In this document: positions 50,307 through 59,893 of the stretch, piece by piece | How the letters are laid out: each line of letters begins with the position of its first letter | Numbering within the stretch: position 1 is the stretch's first letter | Assembly (NCBI GenBank): GCA_963701665.1 | Contig: OY969622.1 | Span: forward strand, 128,001-192,000 | Origin: Candidatus Babeliales bacterium | Lineage (GTDB): Bacteria > Babelota > Babeliae > Babelales > JANWKD01 | Direction: 5' to 3' | DNA: 64,000 nt | Notes under the pieces: generated by a model | What the model was told of the DNA's origin: nothing | Databases searched by the model: none | Seen by the model: only the letters and a program-made list of their open reading frames with translations | Translations under genes and position numbers: made by a program

Positions 50307-50920
50307 ATATTTTCTCCTACATTCGCTTTATGGGCATTACGATGTATTTCTACTGCCTTTTTCATGCGGTTGTTTTTATAAATGGGTAAAATATCATACA
50401 CCTTATCCCAATTTAAACTCGAGAGATTATCAAAGTGATAATTCTTATGCAAATAAAGAATGTCCAAAAACGCTCTTTCAGGACTGGCAATAGAGTAATT
50501 CTCTTTGATTTCGATGCCCTTTGCATTGGTGAGAATAACTGATTTAATTGAACGAAATGTGTATGTTTGTCCATTACAGGTGATACTTCTTGTTTTGTAC
50601 GAAGCAACAAAAATTTGATTGTAATATTGGAAAATTACCCCAGCCTGCGATAACACTGTTTCAAAACTAATATAAGAAGGCGTTAAAATCTTCGTGGCTA
50701 ATTCAAGGTGGTCGTAATTTTTATCTTTTGCATAATAACCGCGCCTAATATGATAAAGATCGCCATGTTTTACGTAATAATTTACGCGAGATTTTATGGT
50801 GGCGACGTCTACATTTACCCATAACAGATACAAATCTTTAAACGAAAATACCGTCTTTTTCGATTTAAATAATTCTTTTATAAAGCCTCTTGTTATATTC
50901 TTTTTCATTGTATCTTTCAT
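50303..50920 (-). CDS. AbiEi-like antitoxin / transcriptional regulator
   Basis: wHTH then IRRGYY, PSYISFETVL, ASPERAFLDILY. Confidence 0.85.
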   Translation of the reverse strand: MKDTMKKNITRGFIKELFKSKKTVFSFKDLYLLWVNVDVATIKSRVNYYVKHGDLYHIRRGYYAKDKNYDHLELATKILTPSYISFETVLSQAGVIFQYYNQIFVASYKTRSITCNGQTYTFRSIKSVILTNAKGIEIKENYSIASPERAFLDILYLHKNYHFDNLSSLNWDKVYDILPIYKNNRMKKAVEIHRNAHKANVGENI

Positions 50921-50928
50921 ATGAAATA

Positions 50929-50965
50929 AGACCTAAAGGTAAGAATAATCCTTACCTTTAGGTCT
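50929..50965. promoter_or_regulatory. Perfect 15-bp inverted repeat, putative AbiEi operator
   Basis: AGACCTAAAGGTAAG-7 nt-CTTACCTTTAGGTCT just upstream of abiEi and below a TTGCAA/CATACT promoter-like pair. Confidence 0.7.
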
Positions 50966-51039
50966 AGTATGAATGAATTCAGGAATTATTTGCAAGAATT
51001 ATAATCGTTTTTTCTTAAGGTTAGTTTAATTGCAGAGGT

Positions 51040-51456
51040 CTAATGGTGTTTGCCATGATGGCGGCGGTGATGCCCTTTGCCTTTGTGATGGGTTTGTCTA
51101 AATCTGCATGCTCTTTTGCCACACTCTGCATTAAATGTTGTTGGGTTTTCAGATTGTGCGGCTTGCGTGTTTTCAATGGCAGCAAGTAGTTGACGTTTTT
51201 TATGTCCCATTTTCCTTCTATGTCCTTGGCCTTTGATCCAGCAGCGTCGGTTTTTGCAACGTACTTTGTAGTTTTTTGTGCGTTTTCCTAGTTGTGGACC
51301 TGTGGCTGGTTGTAACGATAGTTGTACCGTGTTAAGTGCTAAGATAAGTTCCCCAAGATTGGTTTTAAGAGCATCTTCAGGATTTGCCATCGCATGCATA
51401 TAATATGGCATATGGAGTATGCCTAACAAAACAAGCGTTATTCTATTTTTTATCAT
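51040..51456 (-). CDS. Exported basic His/Arg/Cys-rich hypothetical protein
   Basis: Signal peptide; two Cx4C..KGxGHxR units; AAGGAG RBS. Confidence 0.65.
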   Translation of the reverse strand: MIKNRITLVLLGILHMPYYMHAMANPEDALKTNLGELILALNTVQLSLQPATGPQLGKRTKNYKVRCKNRRCWIKGQGHRRKMGHKKRQLLAAIENTQAAQSENPTTFNAECGKRACRFRQTHHKGKGHHRRHHGKHH

Positions 51457-51472
51457 GAACTATCTCCTTTTT

Positions 51473-52834
51473 TTAAACTTTTTTTACTGCTGGTGGTAAC
51501 CATTTGCCATCCAAAACATCTTTTTTTGGCCAATATAAGCGCATGCTCAAATTAAATGGTCCTAGTGGCGCGGGTAGCCAATTAGATTCTTTTTCCTTGC
51601 CAGGATTTGTATGTTGAATAAAAATATCAAGTGAGCCATCTTTATTGAATTGCAAAGGATCGCGATCGCCCAGGCCGTAACGTTTGAGTTCATTGCCGAC
51701 GAGAAAACTTCTATCATCATATAAAGTAACTGACCAAAATGCGTTCACCGGCGGAATCTCACTCGCTTTAAAATGAAGAACGTACGCATGGTGGCCATCC
51801 AAAAGATTGCCCTCGTTATCAACAAAGGTTGTTGGGTATATCGCATCATCAGGAAGATTTGCGCCAATGCCAACATACGCAACAACAGCGCGCGTCAGAT
51901 AATCAGTGCCGTACGTTCCAATGCCATACAGCAATCGCCACCCGTTTTTTATCTTCCCAAAATTTTTCGACGCAGTTTCTATTTCTTTTTGTGCTGCGCG
52001 CATCCCTTCTTCAAGGCATGTTTGCTCTTCAGATGAAACGCGTACAGCATCAAAATCGTTGCCCGGTTCAATGCCGAGGTTTTTTAGCGTGTTCATCATA
52101 TCCCCATCAGCATACGAGGGCGGATTTGTTTTTAACGCGTGCGCAAAGGTTTGAAAAAAAGTTTTTGCATCCATTGCCGCAACGATATCGACGGGTGCTT
52201 TTTGTAAGCGTACGTTTGATGACGGCGCGTACGTTTTTTGCACGCGTGGCTTTTTACGCCACTCGTTCAACGGTGTGAGCGTGTATCCTTTTTGTAGCGA
52301 GTGCACATAATCATAATCTTTTTTGCCGTTCGTTTGCGTTCTTCCTAAAATCCACACGGTGTTTGTTGGTGCTTGAATTTTTTGTAATGAATCGGGGACC
52401 GTGCCTTTCCATGAAGGGCCCACCAATAAAAATTGTTGCTGGCGCGTGCCGGTTGTTCGTTTACCGACTGAAGCAAATACATTTGTCCATGCATCAAGCA
52501 TCTCAAGAAGATAATAACGTCCGCGCGTATCGGGCACCGTAAGGACAACAGGTTCTTTTTCCAGATCTAACCACGCGTTTGAATAAAGCGTGTCGACATT
52601 GGGGCGTACGATTGCGGTGAAACGCTCGTCAGGAAAAGCTGCGAGATGTGCAAATTGATTAATCGGCGCATAGGCTGATGTCATACTATTTTTTGTGACC
52701 TCAACAAGCACAAGGGGATAGGCAAAAATGTAGGCACCTTTTGCTGTGTTTAATAATTCAGGTGAGCATGATGCATAAGTTTGTGAGAACGGTAAGCAGA
52801 AAAATCCAAGCATTAGCCAATAATTTTGTTTCAT
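51473..52834 (-). CDS. DUF1254/DUF1214 exported protein
   Basis: YIFAYPLV, RPNVDTLYS, FWSVTLY, NWLPAP, MRLYWP. Confidence 0.9.
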   Translation of the reverse strand: MKQNYWLMLGFFCLPFSQTYASCSPELLNTAKGAYIFAYPLVLVEVTKNSMTSAYAPINQFAHLAAFPDERFTAIVRPNVDTLYSNAWLDLEKEPVVLTVPDTRGRYYLLEMLDAWTNVFASVGKRTTGTRQQQFLLVGPSWKGTVPDSLQKIQAPTNTVWILGRTQTNGKKDYDYVHSLQKGYTLTPLNEWRKKPRVQKTYAPSSNVRLQKAPVDIVAAMDAKTFFQTFAHALKTNPPSYADGDMMNTLKNLGIEPGNDFDAVRVSSEEQTCLEEGMRAAQKEIETASKNFGKIKNGWRLLYGIGTYGTDYLTRAVVAYVGIGANLPDDAIYPTTFVDNEGNLLDGHHAYVLHFKASEIPPVNAFWSVTLYDDRSFLVGNELKRYGLGDRDPLQFNKDGSLDIFIQHTNPGKEKESNWLPAPLGPFNLSMRLYWPKKDVLDGKWLPPAVKKV

Positions 52835-52851
52835 GTGTCCCCTCCTAAGGT

Positions 52852-54282
52852 TTATTGATTTGCTTTTGCTTCTTCAAGCAGTTTATGAATTTCTGGATCA
52901 TCTTCCGTTAACGCTAAATCTTGTTCTGAAATTGGGCTGCCACGTTCAATGAAAAGTTTAATAACTTCCACTTTTTTTTCTAAAGGCGTTTCTTCAAAAA
53001 TATTTATAAATTGTGTCAATGGAGATTCTTCATTGCTTTCTTGATTTTGAACATTGGTTCTGGGATCTTTAAGTAGCGCAATTAAGATGTCAATGGTTAC
53101 AGGACTACTCGCAAAGTCCATTTCTTCATCAGATAATATGGCGATCCTTAGAGGACTTTCGGTATGGTCGCCTTTATTTGGATTTGCGCCACGGGCAAGA
53201 AGAAATTGTACGAGCTCAAGATGCACATGCTTGATGGCGTTATACAACATGGTGCCATCTTGTTCACTGCCAAAATCTATTGGGAATCCTGCTTGCAATA
53301 ATCTTGAGATAATATTGATATTTCCTGATTTTCCTGCCATACGGGCAAGAGTTGTTTGTCCTTCAGGGTTATTGGGATCAAAGAATATCTCTTCTAATTT
53401 GGGTTTATAGTTGAGCAATTCATTAACAGCGGCCTCATTACCTGCCTCAACAGCGTACATTAAAGCTGTCCAGCCGTGTCTATCGGTTACATCTACAGAA
53501 TAACCGTAGTCAAGTAATATCTTGATGGCATCAGGATAATCTTTTTTTGCAGCAATAATGAGCAGGTGTGTAAATGTATCAAAATTGTAATAGGGTAATA
53601 GTGGAGACAACCATTGAGGTGAATTCGCCATGATCAATAAAAAGGCATTTTGCTTACTCTTGTTCTTCTGGGCAAGATGTTTTACCATATCAAACCCTTC
53701 AATTTTAAGTAAGCGATTGAAGATTGTGATAAAAATTTTATAATCCCCTGTTTTGATTGCATTAATAAGAGGTGTTGAACCAAATATATCTCCAGTATCT
53801 AAATCCAATGGCATGAGAGCATTTTCTAAAAGTGATTGAGCTGCATCAGTTTTACGCAGAGCAAGGTAATAATTCAAAACTGTTTGACCATCATCGTTTG
53901 TAAGATTAGGATCAGCGCCATTATCAAGTAAAAACTTTATATCATCAACATCATGAATCTGATGCAGAATTGTATTGCCAAAAAAAAGACGATCATTAAA
54001 AATAGCAGCCAAAACTTCTACAGGAATTTTTTCAGTTAATGTGCGTATGCTTTCCTTCTCATTTAGTAATTTTTGTACACGATGTCTTAAGTGGGGTAGC
54101 GTAATTTTGAACAAGCTTGGAACTCTGCTTTCTTCAAGCTTTTCTCGTTTAATTTCAGGTTGTTCCTGGATTTGTTCAGATGGTTCTTCTTCTCGTTTTC
54201 TTTTTTTTTCTTCCATAGAAAAGATTGGGCATACTGAGCATATGAGAGCTAATTCTAGTCCCATAAGAATATAAAGTTTCAT
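52852..54282 (-). CDS. Exported ankyrin-repeat protein
   Basis: Ankyrin repeats; signal peptide then MEEKKRKR. Confidence 0.9.
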   Translation of the reverse strand: MKLYILMGLELALICSVCPIFSMEEKKRKREEEPSEQIQEQPEIKREKLEESRVPSLFKITLPHLRHRVQKLLNEKESIRTLTEKIPVEVLAAIFNDRLFFGNTILHQIHDVDDIKFLLDNGADPNLTNDDGQTVLNYYLALRKTDAAQSLLENALMPLDLDTGDIFGSTPLINAIKTGDYKIFITIFNRLLKIEGFDMVKHLAQKNKSKQNAFLLIMANSPQWLSPLLPYYNFDTFTHLLIIAAKKDYPDAIKILLDYGYSVDVTDRHGWTALMYAVEAGNEAAVNELLNYKPKLEEIFFDPNNPEGQTTLARMAGKSGNINIISRLLQAGFPIDFGSEQDGTMLYNAIKHVHLELVQFLLARGANPNKGDHTESPLRIAILSDEEMDFASSPVTIDILIALLKDPRTNVQNQESNEESPLTQFINIFEETPLEKKVEVIKLFIERGSPISEQDLALTEDDPEIHKLLEEAKANQ

Positions 54283-54386
54283 TTCTCGATTCTCCTTTTT
54301 AATTCAGGCGAACATTGAACTCTTGCTGTGTGTGTTGGTATGAGAACGCAGAAAAATGCGGCGAATATCAAAATTTTCTGTTTCAT
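54279..54386 (-). pseudogene. 35-aa remnant resembling the DUF1254 gene 5' end
   Basis: MKQKILIFAAFFCVLIPTHTARVQCSPEL vs MKQNYWLMLGFFCLPFSQTYASCSPEL. Confidence 0.6.
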
Positions 54387-54416
54387 AGAAACCTTCCATA
54401 TTTGAAAGAAGATGAG

Positions 54417-55847
54417 TTATTGATTTTCTTGTGATTCTTTAAGAAATTTATAAATTTCTTGATAATCTTGGTCTTGGGCGGCCTCCAATGCATCTTTGGG
54501 TATAGGGATGCCATGCGCAATGAATAGTTTAACTATCTCTATTTGTGCCTCATGGGATATTTTATCTATGAGCCTTTCCGTCATGAATTCATAAATAAGC
54601 TTGCCTTTTTTTATATTGAATTGTGGACTTTCTATTAAGGCAGTTATGATTTCAAGAATTAAAGAAATATTGTTGAAATCGCCGCGATATCTCTTGAAGA
54701 ATCCATGTAACAATGAGTTGTCTTTAAAGGTATGGCGATTCGGATTTGCACCATGTGCAAGAAGAAACTTTACTAATTGCAGATGGCCTGAAATAGCTGC
54801 ATTATAGAGCATAGTTCCTGAGTAGTTCGTTTGGTTGTCTATGTCCAATCCTGCTTTTAATAGTTTTGAGGCAATACTAATGCTGCCTGTTTGGCCTGCT
54901 ATGCTTGCAATAGTTTTTTCAGGTTTGAATTTAACATAAACTTTTTTTAAATCTGGTTTATATTTTAATAATTCATCTATGGCTGCTTCATTACCTGCCC
55001 CAACAGCATATGCAAAAGCATCAAGTCCATGTGAATCAACCAAGTCAATCGGATAATCGTTTTTAAGTAGGATCTTGATACTTTTAACATAATTATTTTT
55101 TGTTGCCACGATAAGCAAATGCTCATCTTCAAGATTAATATAGGGAAGCAAGAGTGGTAATAATTCAGGTGCATAGATGGTTGCCAAAATACAAGGTGTT
55201 TGGTTGATAGTATTGCCTTGCAAAATGTAAGAATGTATATCTATTTCTGGATTTCCCAAGGCTCGATTCATAATGCTTTCAACAATATCATAATCACCTG
55301 TTTTAATAGCGTTGAGTAATGGCGTTGAACCAAAACGATCAGGAGTGCTAACATCGAGGCTATCCGGAGCTAATTCTAAAAGTTTTTGCGCAAGCTCAAT
55401 TTTGTGCTGAGCAAGATAATAATTCAAAACTGTTTGTCCATCAAAATTCTGTATATTAGGATTTGCACCGCGTTCCAAAAGACTTTGAACATCATTGCTA
55501 TCACTTATGAGGTGAAACATCGTATTGCCAAAAAAAAGAGGATCATTAAAGATTTTACTAAATACTTCAATGGGAATAGGTTGATCTGGAGAAATGCTGA
55601 GGCTTTTCTTTCGGTTTAATAACTCTAGCGCATACTGCCTTAAGTAGGGTAAGGTAAGCTGGAATAGGCTAGGAACGTTGCTTTTTTCTTCTTCAAGCTT
55701 TTCTCGTTTAATTTCAGGTTGTTCCTCAAGTTGTTTGGCGGGTTCTTCTTCTCGTTTTCTTTTTTTTTCTTCCATAGAAAAGATTGGGCATATCGATGAG
55801 CAGATGAGAAGAACTAATTCTAATCCAATAAGAATATGTAGTTTCAT
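54417..55847 (-). CDS. Exported ankyrin-repeat protein, paralog of 52852-54282
   Basis: Ankyrin repeats; near-identical N-terminus. Confidence 0.9.
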   Translation of the reverse strand: MKLHILIGLELVLLICSSICPIFSMEEKKRKREEEPAKQLEEQPEIKREKLEEEKSNVPSLFQLTLPYLRQYALELLNRKKSLSISPDQPIPIEVFSKIFNDPLFFGNTMFHLISDSNDVQSLLERGANPNIQNFDGQTVLNYYLAQHKIELAQKLLELAPDSLDVSTPDRFGSTPLLNAIKTGDYDIVESIMNRALGNPEIDIHSYILQGNTINQTPCILATIYAPELLPLLLPYINLEDEHLLIVATKNNYVKSIKILLKNDYPIDLVDSHGLDAFAYAVGAGNEAAIDELLKYKPDLKKVYVKFKPEKTIASIAGQTGSISIASKLLKAGLDIDNQTNYSGTMLYNAAISGHLQLVKFLLAHGANPNRHTFKDNSLLHGFFKRYRGDFNNISLILEIITALIESPQFNIKKGKLIYEFMTERLIDKISHEAQIEIVKLFIAHGIPIPKDALEAAQDQDYQEIYKFLKESQENQ

Positions 55848-55998
55848 TCTTTCCCCCCTTTACTTTTCTAGAAAATATATCTGTTTTTTAGCATAAATAG
55901 TTCTATTTGAAAAAATCTACAAATTGATTGTTTTTGTAAATTCACAAGGAAAGGTGTTTGATGTATACTAAAAAATAATGGATCTATTAAAGGAGTTT

Positions 55999-57525
55999 AT
56001 GAATCGTAACGTCGTTGTGCTATTTTTGGCATTGTTTTTTATCCCGTCTATGTTGGCTTTCAATTTTTTAACACGCTATCTTCCACGGTATGAAGAGCGA
56101 TGGTCATGGCATGAGCTAGGGACTGTTTCTCTGAAGTTTCCTGGAAATTTTTTCTTTGGAACCGCTGATTCGGCGTTCCAAGTTGAAGGGGCTATCGGTG
56201 TTAACGGTAAAATTACCCAAAATAGTTGGATGTGTTGGGAAGAAAAAAGAAATATTCCTTTTGAAGAAAGAGCCGGGAATGCTTGTGAGCGGTGGACGCA
56301 TATACATGAAGATGTACACTTTATGAAACATATAGGCATCAAAGCTCATCGTTTCTCAATAGAATGGAGCAAGGTTGAACCCGAAAAAGGAATTTTTGAT
56401 CATGAGGCAATGCAGCATTATATAGAATACATACGAGAAATGATCAACCATGGCATTACTCCCATCCCCACGCTTTTCCATCACACATGGCCGCTATGGT
56501 TTGAATATCCAGAAGAAACCAAACAAGGAACGCGTGGCATGGCATTTGAGGACGCGCGCAATATAGCTGATTTTGTTGAGTTTGCCTTATATGTGATACG
56601 CGCGCTTGAAAAAGCAGGATTGCTTAATGAGGTGCGTATGTGGCTCACCTTTAATGAACCAATTACTTTTGCCTTATCTGGCTACGTGCATGGCTCTATG
56701 CCACCAGGCAAAAAGGCAGATTTCAAAACGGCAGGCGTCGTTGCAAAAAATATGCTTGATGCGCATATAAAAATTTATGACGAATTCAAAAAAATTGATC
56801 CTAGTTTACAGATTAGCTTTGCGCATGCGGTTATTCCTTTTTATCCTTATAATCCCTGGAACCCAATCGAACGGTATGCTGCTAAATTTATAGATTATCT
56901 GACGAATGATGTTGCCTTAGAATATTTCAAGACGGGTGTTTTCCGATGGTTTACCAAAGATATCTCTTGGTTAAAGATTTTTACGGGGAATGTTAGAGCT
57001 GGAATTTTCACTGAACAGTATAATGCTAACGCGTGCCACAAATTGGATTTTATTGGTCTCAATTATTATTCCAATATTTTACTCAAGATGATTTCTTTTG
57101 AAAAATCTGGTGTGAAATGGTTTAAACAAAAAGCGCGGCCTTTTGAAAAACTTGCCGATGGTTATGACGTTCCTAAAGTACGAGCATTATATGCCGAGGG
57201 TTTATACCATTCAATTAAACGAGTGTCATCCCTTGGTGTTCCCATCATAATTACAGAAAATGGTTTTGCTGCTAAAACCGATGCACTTCGTGATGAATAT
57301 ATTAAAAAACATCTCTATGCTGTGCATAAAGCAATTCAAGATGGCTATGATGTTCGTGGGTATCTCTTTTGGACACTCATGGATTGTTTTGGATGGGACA
57401 GTAAGCACAGTCATCACGGTATCTATGCAGTAGATTTTACGACGCAGATGCGAACATTAAAGCCAAACGCTCAATTTCTTGTCGACGTCATGAACAACCA
57501 TGTTCAACAGATTGCTTTCCAATAA
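55999..57525 (+). CDS. Glycoside hydrolase family 1 with signal peptide
   Basis: GTADSAFQVEG, RFSIEWS, TFNEP, ITENG. Confidence 0.92.
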   Translation: MNRNVVVLFLALFFIPSMLAFNFLTRYLPRYEERWSWHELGTVSLKFPGNFFFGTADSAFQVEGAIGVNGKITQNSWMCWEEKRNIPFEERAGNACERWTHIHEDVHFMKHIGIKAHRFSIEWSKVEPEKGIFDHEAMQHYIEYIREMINHGITPIPTLFHHTWPLWFEYPEETKQGTRGMAFEDARNIADFVEFALYVIRALEKAGLLNEVRMWLTFNEPITFALSGYVHGSMPPGKKADFKTAGVVAKNMLDAHIKIYDEFKKIDPSLQISFAHAVIPFYPYNPWNPIERYAAKFIDYLTNDVALEYFKTGVFRWFTKDISWLKIFTGNVRAGIFTEQYNANACHKLDFIGLNYYSNILLKMISFEKSGVKWFKQKARPFEKLADGYDVPKVRALYAEGLYHSIKRVSSLGVPIIITENGFAAKTDALRDEYIKKHLYAVHKAIQDGYDVRGYLFWTLMDCFGWDSKHSHHGIYAVDFTTQMRTLKPNAQFLVDVMNNHVQQIAFQ

Positions 57526-57593
57526 TACTTGACCTCAGTTCCTAGAAATAGTGTACGCTCGAGTCTGAACATCTCACTATTGAAAGTTAAACT

Positions 57594-58139
57594 ATGACTT
57601 TAGAGACGAGTGCACATATGCAAGCACAAGCTGCGTTTGCAGGAGGCTGTTTTTGGTGTATGCAACAGCCGTATGATACGTTGCCTGGCGTGCAGCAAGT
57701 TGTTGTCGGGTATATGGGCGGCAGTAATCAAAATCCAACGTATGAAAATTTCGCGCGTTATGGACATAGAGAAGTTGCGCATATTCTTTTTGATCCAGAA
57801 AAAACCTCGTATCGAGACTTACTTGCGGTTTTTTGGAAAAATATTGATCCCACTGATGCGAGTGGCCAGTTTGCAGATCGAGGGAATCAATATAAAACAG
57901 CCATTTTTTATTACAACGATGAACAAAAACGGCAATCCGAGCGTTCAAAAAAAGATCTCGAGGCATCGGGAAAATTTTCGCAACCAATCATGACGGAAAT
58001 TCTTAAAGCCTCAGAATTTTATCCTGCCGAAGAATATCACCAAGCATATTACCAAAAAAATCCTGAACAGTATGCTTCATATAAATATCGCTCGGGCCGT
58101 GAGCCTTTTTTGAAAAAAACATGGAAAGATAATGAATAA
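57594..58139 (+). CDS. msrA: Peptide methionine sulfoxide reductase A
   Basis: GGCFWC, GQFADRG, AEEYHQ. Confidence 0.95.
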   Translation: MTLETSAHMQAQAAFAGGCFWCMQQPYDTLPGVQQVVVGYMGGSNQNPTYENFARYGHREVAHILFDPEKTSYRDLLAVFWKNIDPTDASGQFADRGNQYKTAIFYYNDEQKRQSERSKKDLEASGKFSQPIMTEILKASEFYPAEEYHQAYYQKNPEQYASYKYRSGREPFLKKTWKDNE

Positions 58140-58578
58140 TTTCAAAAAACCCTCAACTGAAGAATTAAAGAAAAAATTAACACCACTGCAATATAAAGTC
58201 ACACAAGAGAATGGCACGGAGCAGCCATTTGCCAATGAGTATGTGAACAACAAAAAAGATGGGATCTATGTTGATATTGTTTCTGGTGAGCCGTTATTTA
58301 GCTCGCGAGATAAGTATGATTCAGGCTGCGGCTGGCCAAGTTTCACACAACCACTTGCGTCAGAAAATGTGCAAGAAAAAAAAGATCTTAGCCTTGGTAT
58401 GGTGCGTACGGAAATTCGGAGTATTCACGCTGATTCTCATTTAGGGCATCTATTTCCTGATGGGCCGAAACCAACAGGATTGCGCTATTGTATAAATTCT
58501 GCGGCACTTCGTTTTATTCCGGTTGAAGATTTAGAAAAAGAAGGCTATGGGGCATATCTCAAATATTTTTCTCAATGA
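58132..58578 (+). CDS. msrB: Peptide methionine sulfoxide reductase B
   Basis: [20 protein letters not shown]. Confidence 0.95.
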   Translation: MNNFKKPSTEELKKKLTPLQYKVTQENGTEQPFANEYVNNKKDGIYVDIVSGEPLFSSRDKYDSGCGWPSFTQPLASENVQEKKDLSLGMVRTEIRSIHADSHLGHLFPDGPKPTGLRYCINSAALRFIPVEDLEKEGYGAYLKYFSQ

Positions 58579-58814
58579 TTGTGTATATCTTAATCCAAGA
58601 TAGGATATTTCTTCTCTCCAGGTTCATCTTGTGCAAATTAGCATTTTGATTGCAAAATTACACGACTCTTCCCTGTTTTTTACATTTTAAGAATTATTGA
58701 ATTTCCTCAGTACCACAACACTTTTTAAAAATGATTTGAAAAAAGCTTTGTAAATTACAAAGCTTTACTATTAAGCGAGAGCTAAAACATGATGATAATT
58801 CAATAATATGTTGC

Positions 58815-59081
58815 TTAAAATAAATCACTATGTGTCCCCATTCTAAGCAAAACTATTGCAGTTGTAGTTTTTTCATATATTAACAGCCAATCAGGCTCTA
58901 TGTGACATTCCCAGCAATCTTTAAATTCACCCAATAATTTATGATTACGATTTTTGGCAGGCAAAGGTTTTTCTGTGACTAATAAATCAACAATGTCAGA
59001 AAGCTTTTTCATATTTTTGCCACGTTTTTTTAATTTTTCCAAATCTTTGTCAAAACGCCCATGATAGAAAAGCTGTAACAT
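58815..59081 (-). CDS. yafQ: YafQ-family mRNA interferase toxin
   Basis: NHKLLG, WECHIEPDWLLIY, RMGTHSDLF. Confidence 0.9.
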   Translation of the reverse strand: MLQLFYHGRFDKDLEKLKKRGKNMKKLSDIVDLLVTEKPLPAKNRNHKLLGEFKDCWECHIEPDWLLIYEKTTTAIVLLRMGTHSDLF

Positions 59082-59345
59082 TTAGAGTCCTAATTTTTTT
59101 TTGAAAGCTTTTAAATCTTGTACTTCAAAAATATTTTTACCTTTTTTAGCACTTTCAATTGTTTTCAATGTTGTCTTATTAGGATAATGATCACTATTCA
59201 AACATTCTTCCGTTGCTTCTAATGATTCCAAAATAATATCTTTCATGCTCTTTCCAAGCATTGCTGCTCGCATTTTAAGCCTTTTATGTTGCTCTTTTGG
59301 CATTTCAATAATTATTCTAGAAATTTCATTTCTTGGAGAAGCCAT
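59082..59345 (-). CDS. Putative antitoxin (RHH-like N-terminus, DinJ-like C-terminus)
   Basis: RIIIEMPKEQHKRLK; PNKTTLKTIE; directly upstream of yafQ; AGGAG RBS. Confidence 0.7.
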   Translation of the reverse strand: MASPRNEISRIIIEMPKEQHKRLKMRAAMLGKSMKDIILESLEATEECLNSDHYPNKTTLKTIESAKKGKNIFEVQDLKAFKKKLGL

Positions 59346-59441
59346 ATAAAAACTCCTAAAAAAACCTCTGTTTTTAATAAATATATAAATATATATTAAC
59401 ATAAATATAATAAAATGTATGCTTTTTTACATTTTTAAAAG

Positions 59442-59801
59442 TTATTGGATGGTACATCTTTTCTTAGATTTTGGCTTACGCTCATCAATTTTTTTAAAAG
59501 TTTCTATAATATTTAAAAATTCCTTAATTTCATAGTCACTTGCTTGGTATCCTGGACCGGTCAAGATTACTTTCTTACGTAAAGGTGCAATTATTGCCTG
59601 AATGGAAGAACTTTCATCAGATAAAATTATGATGGCATCTTCATTTTTCTTCTGTGATCTCAGAATAGATTTTATAAGCTTGTTTTCGTTTCCTTTGCAA
59701 TATTCGAGTAACGCTACTTTATAGCTTTCTTCACGTCCCATCGATTGTATAGCAATGAACCATATGCTGAGGCCCAGCATACATAGTTTTTGTATTTTCA
59801 T
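59442..59801 (-). CDS. Small exported hypothetical protein
   Basis: Signal peptide; C-terminus KSKKRCTIQ. Confidence 0.6.
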   Translation of the reverse strand: MKIQKLCMLGLSIWFIAIQSMGREESYKVALLEYCKGNENKLIKSILRSQKKNEDAIIILSDESSSIQAIIAPLRKKVILTGPGYQASDYEIKEFLNIIETFKKIDERKPKSKKRCTIQ

Positions 59802-59893
59802 AGTCTTAAAGATTTTTATAAAATTTTATTGATTGGTTATTTTTTTTACTTTTGATACTTTAAAAAAAGTACATTACAAAGGAGTTTTTATCC

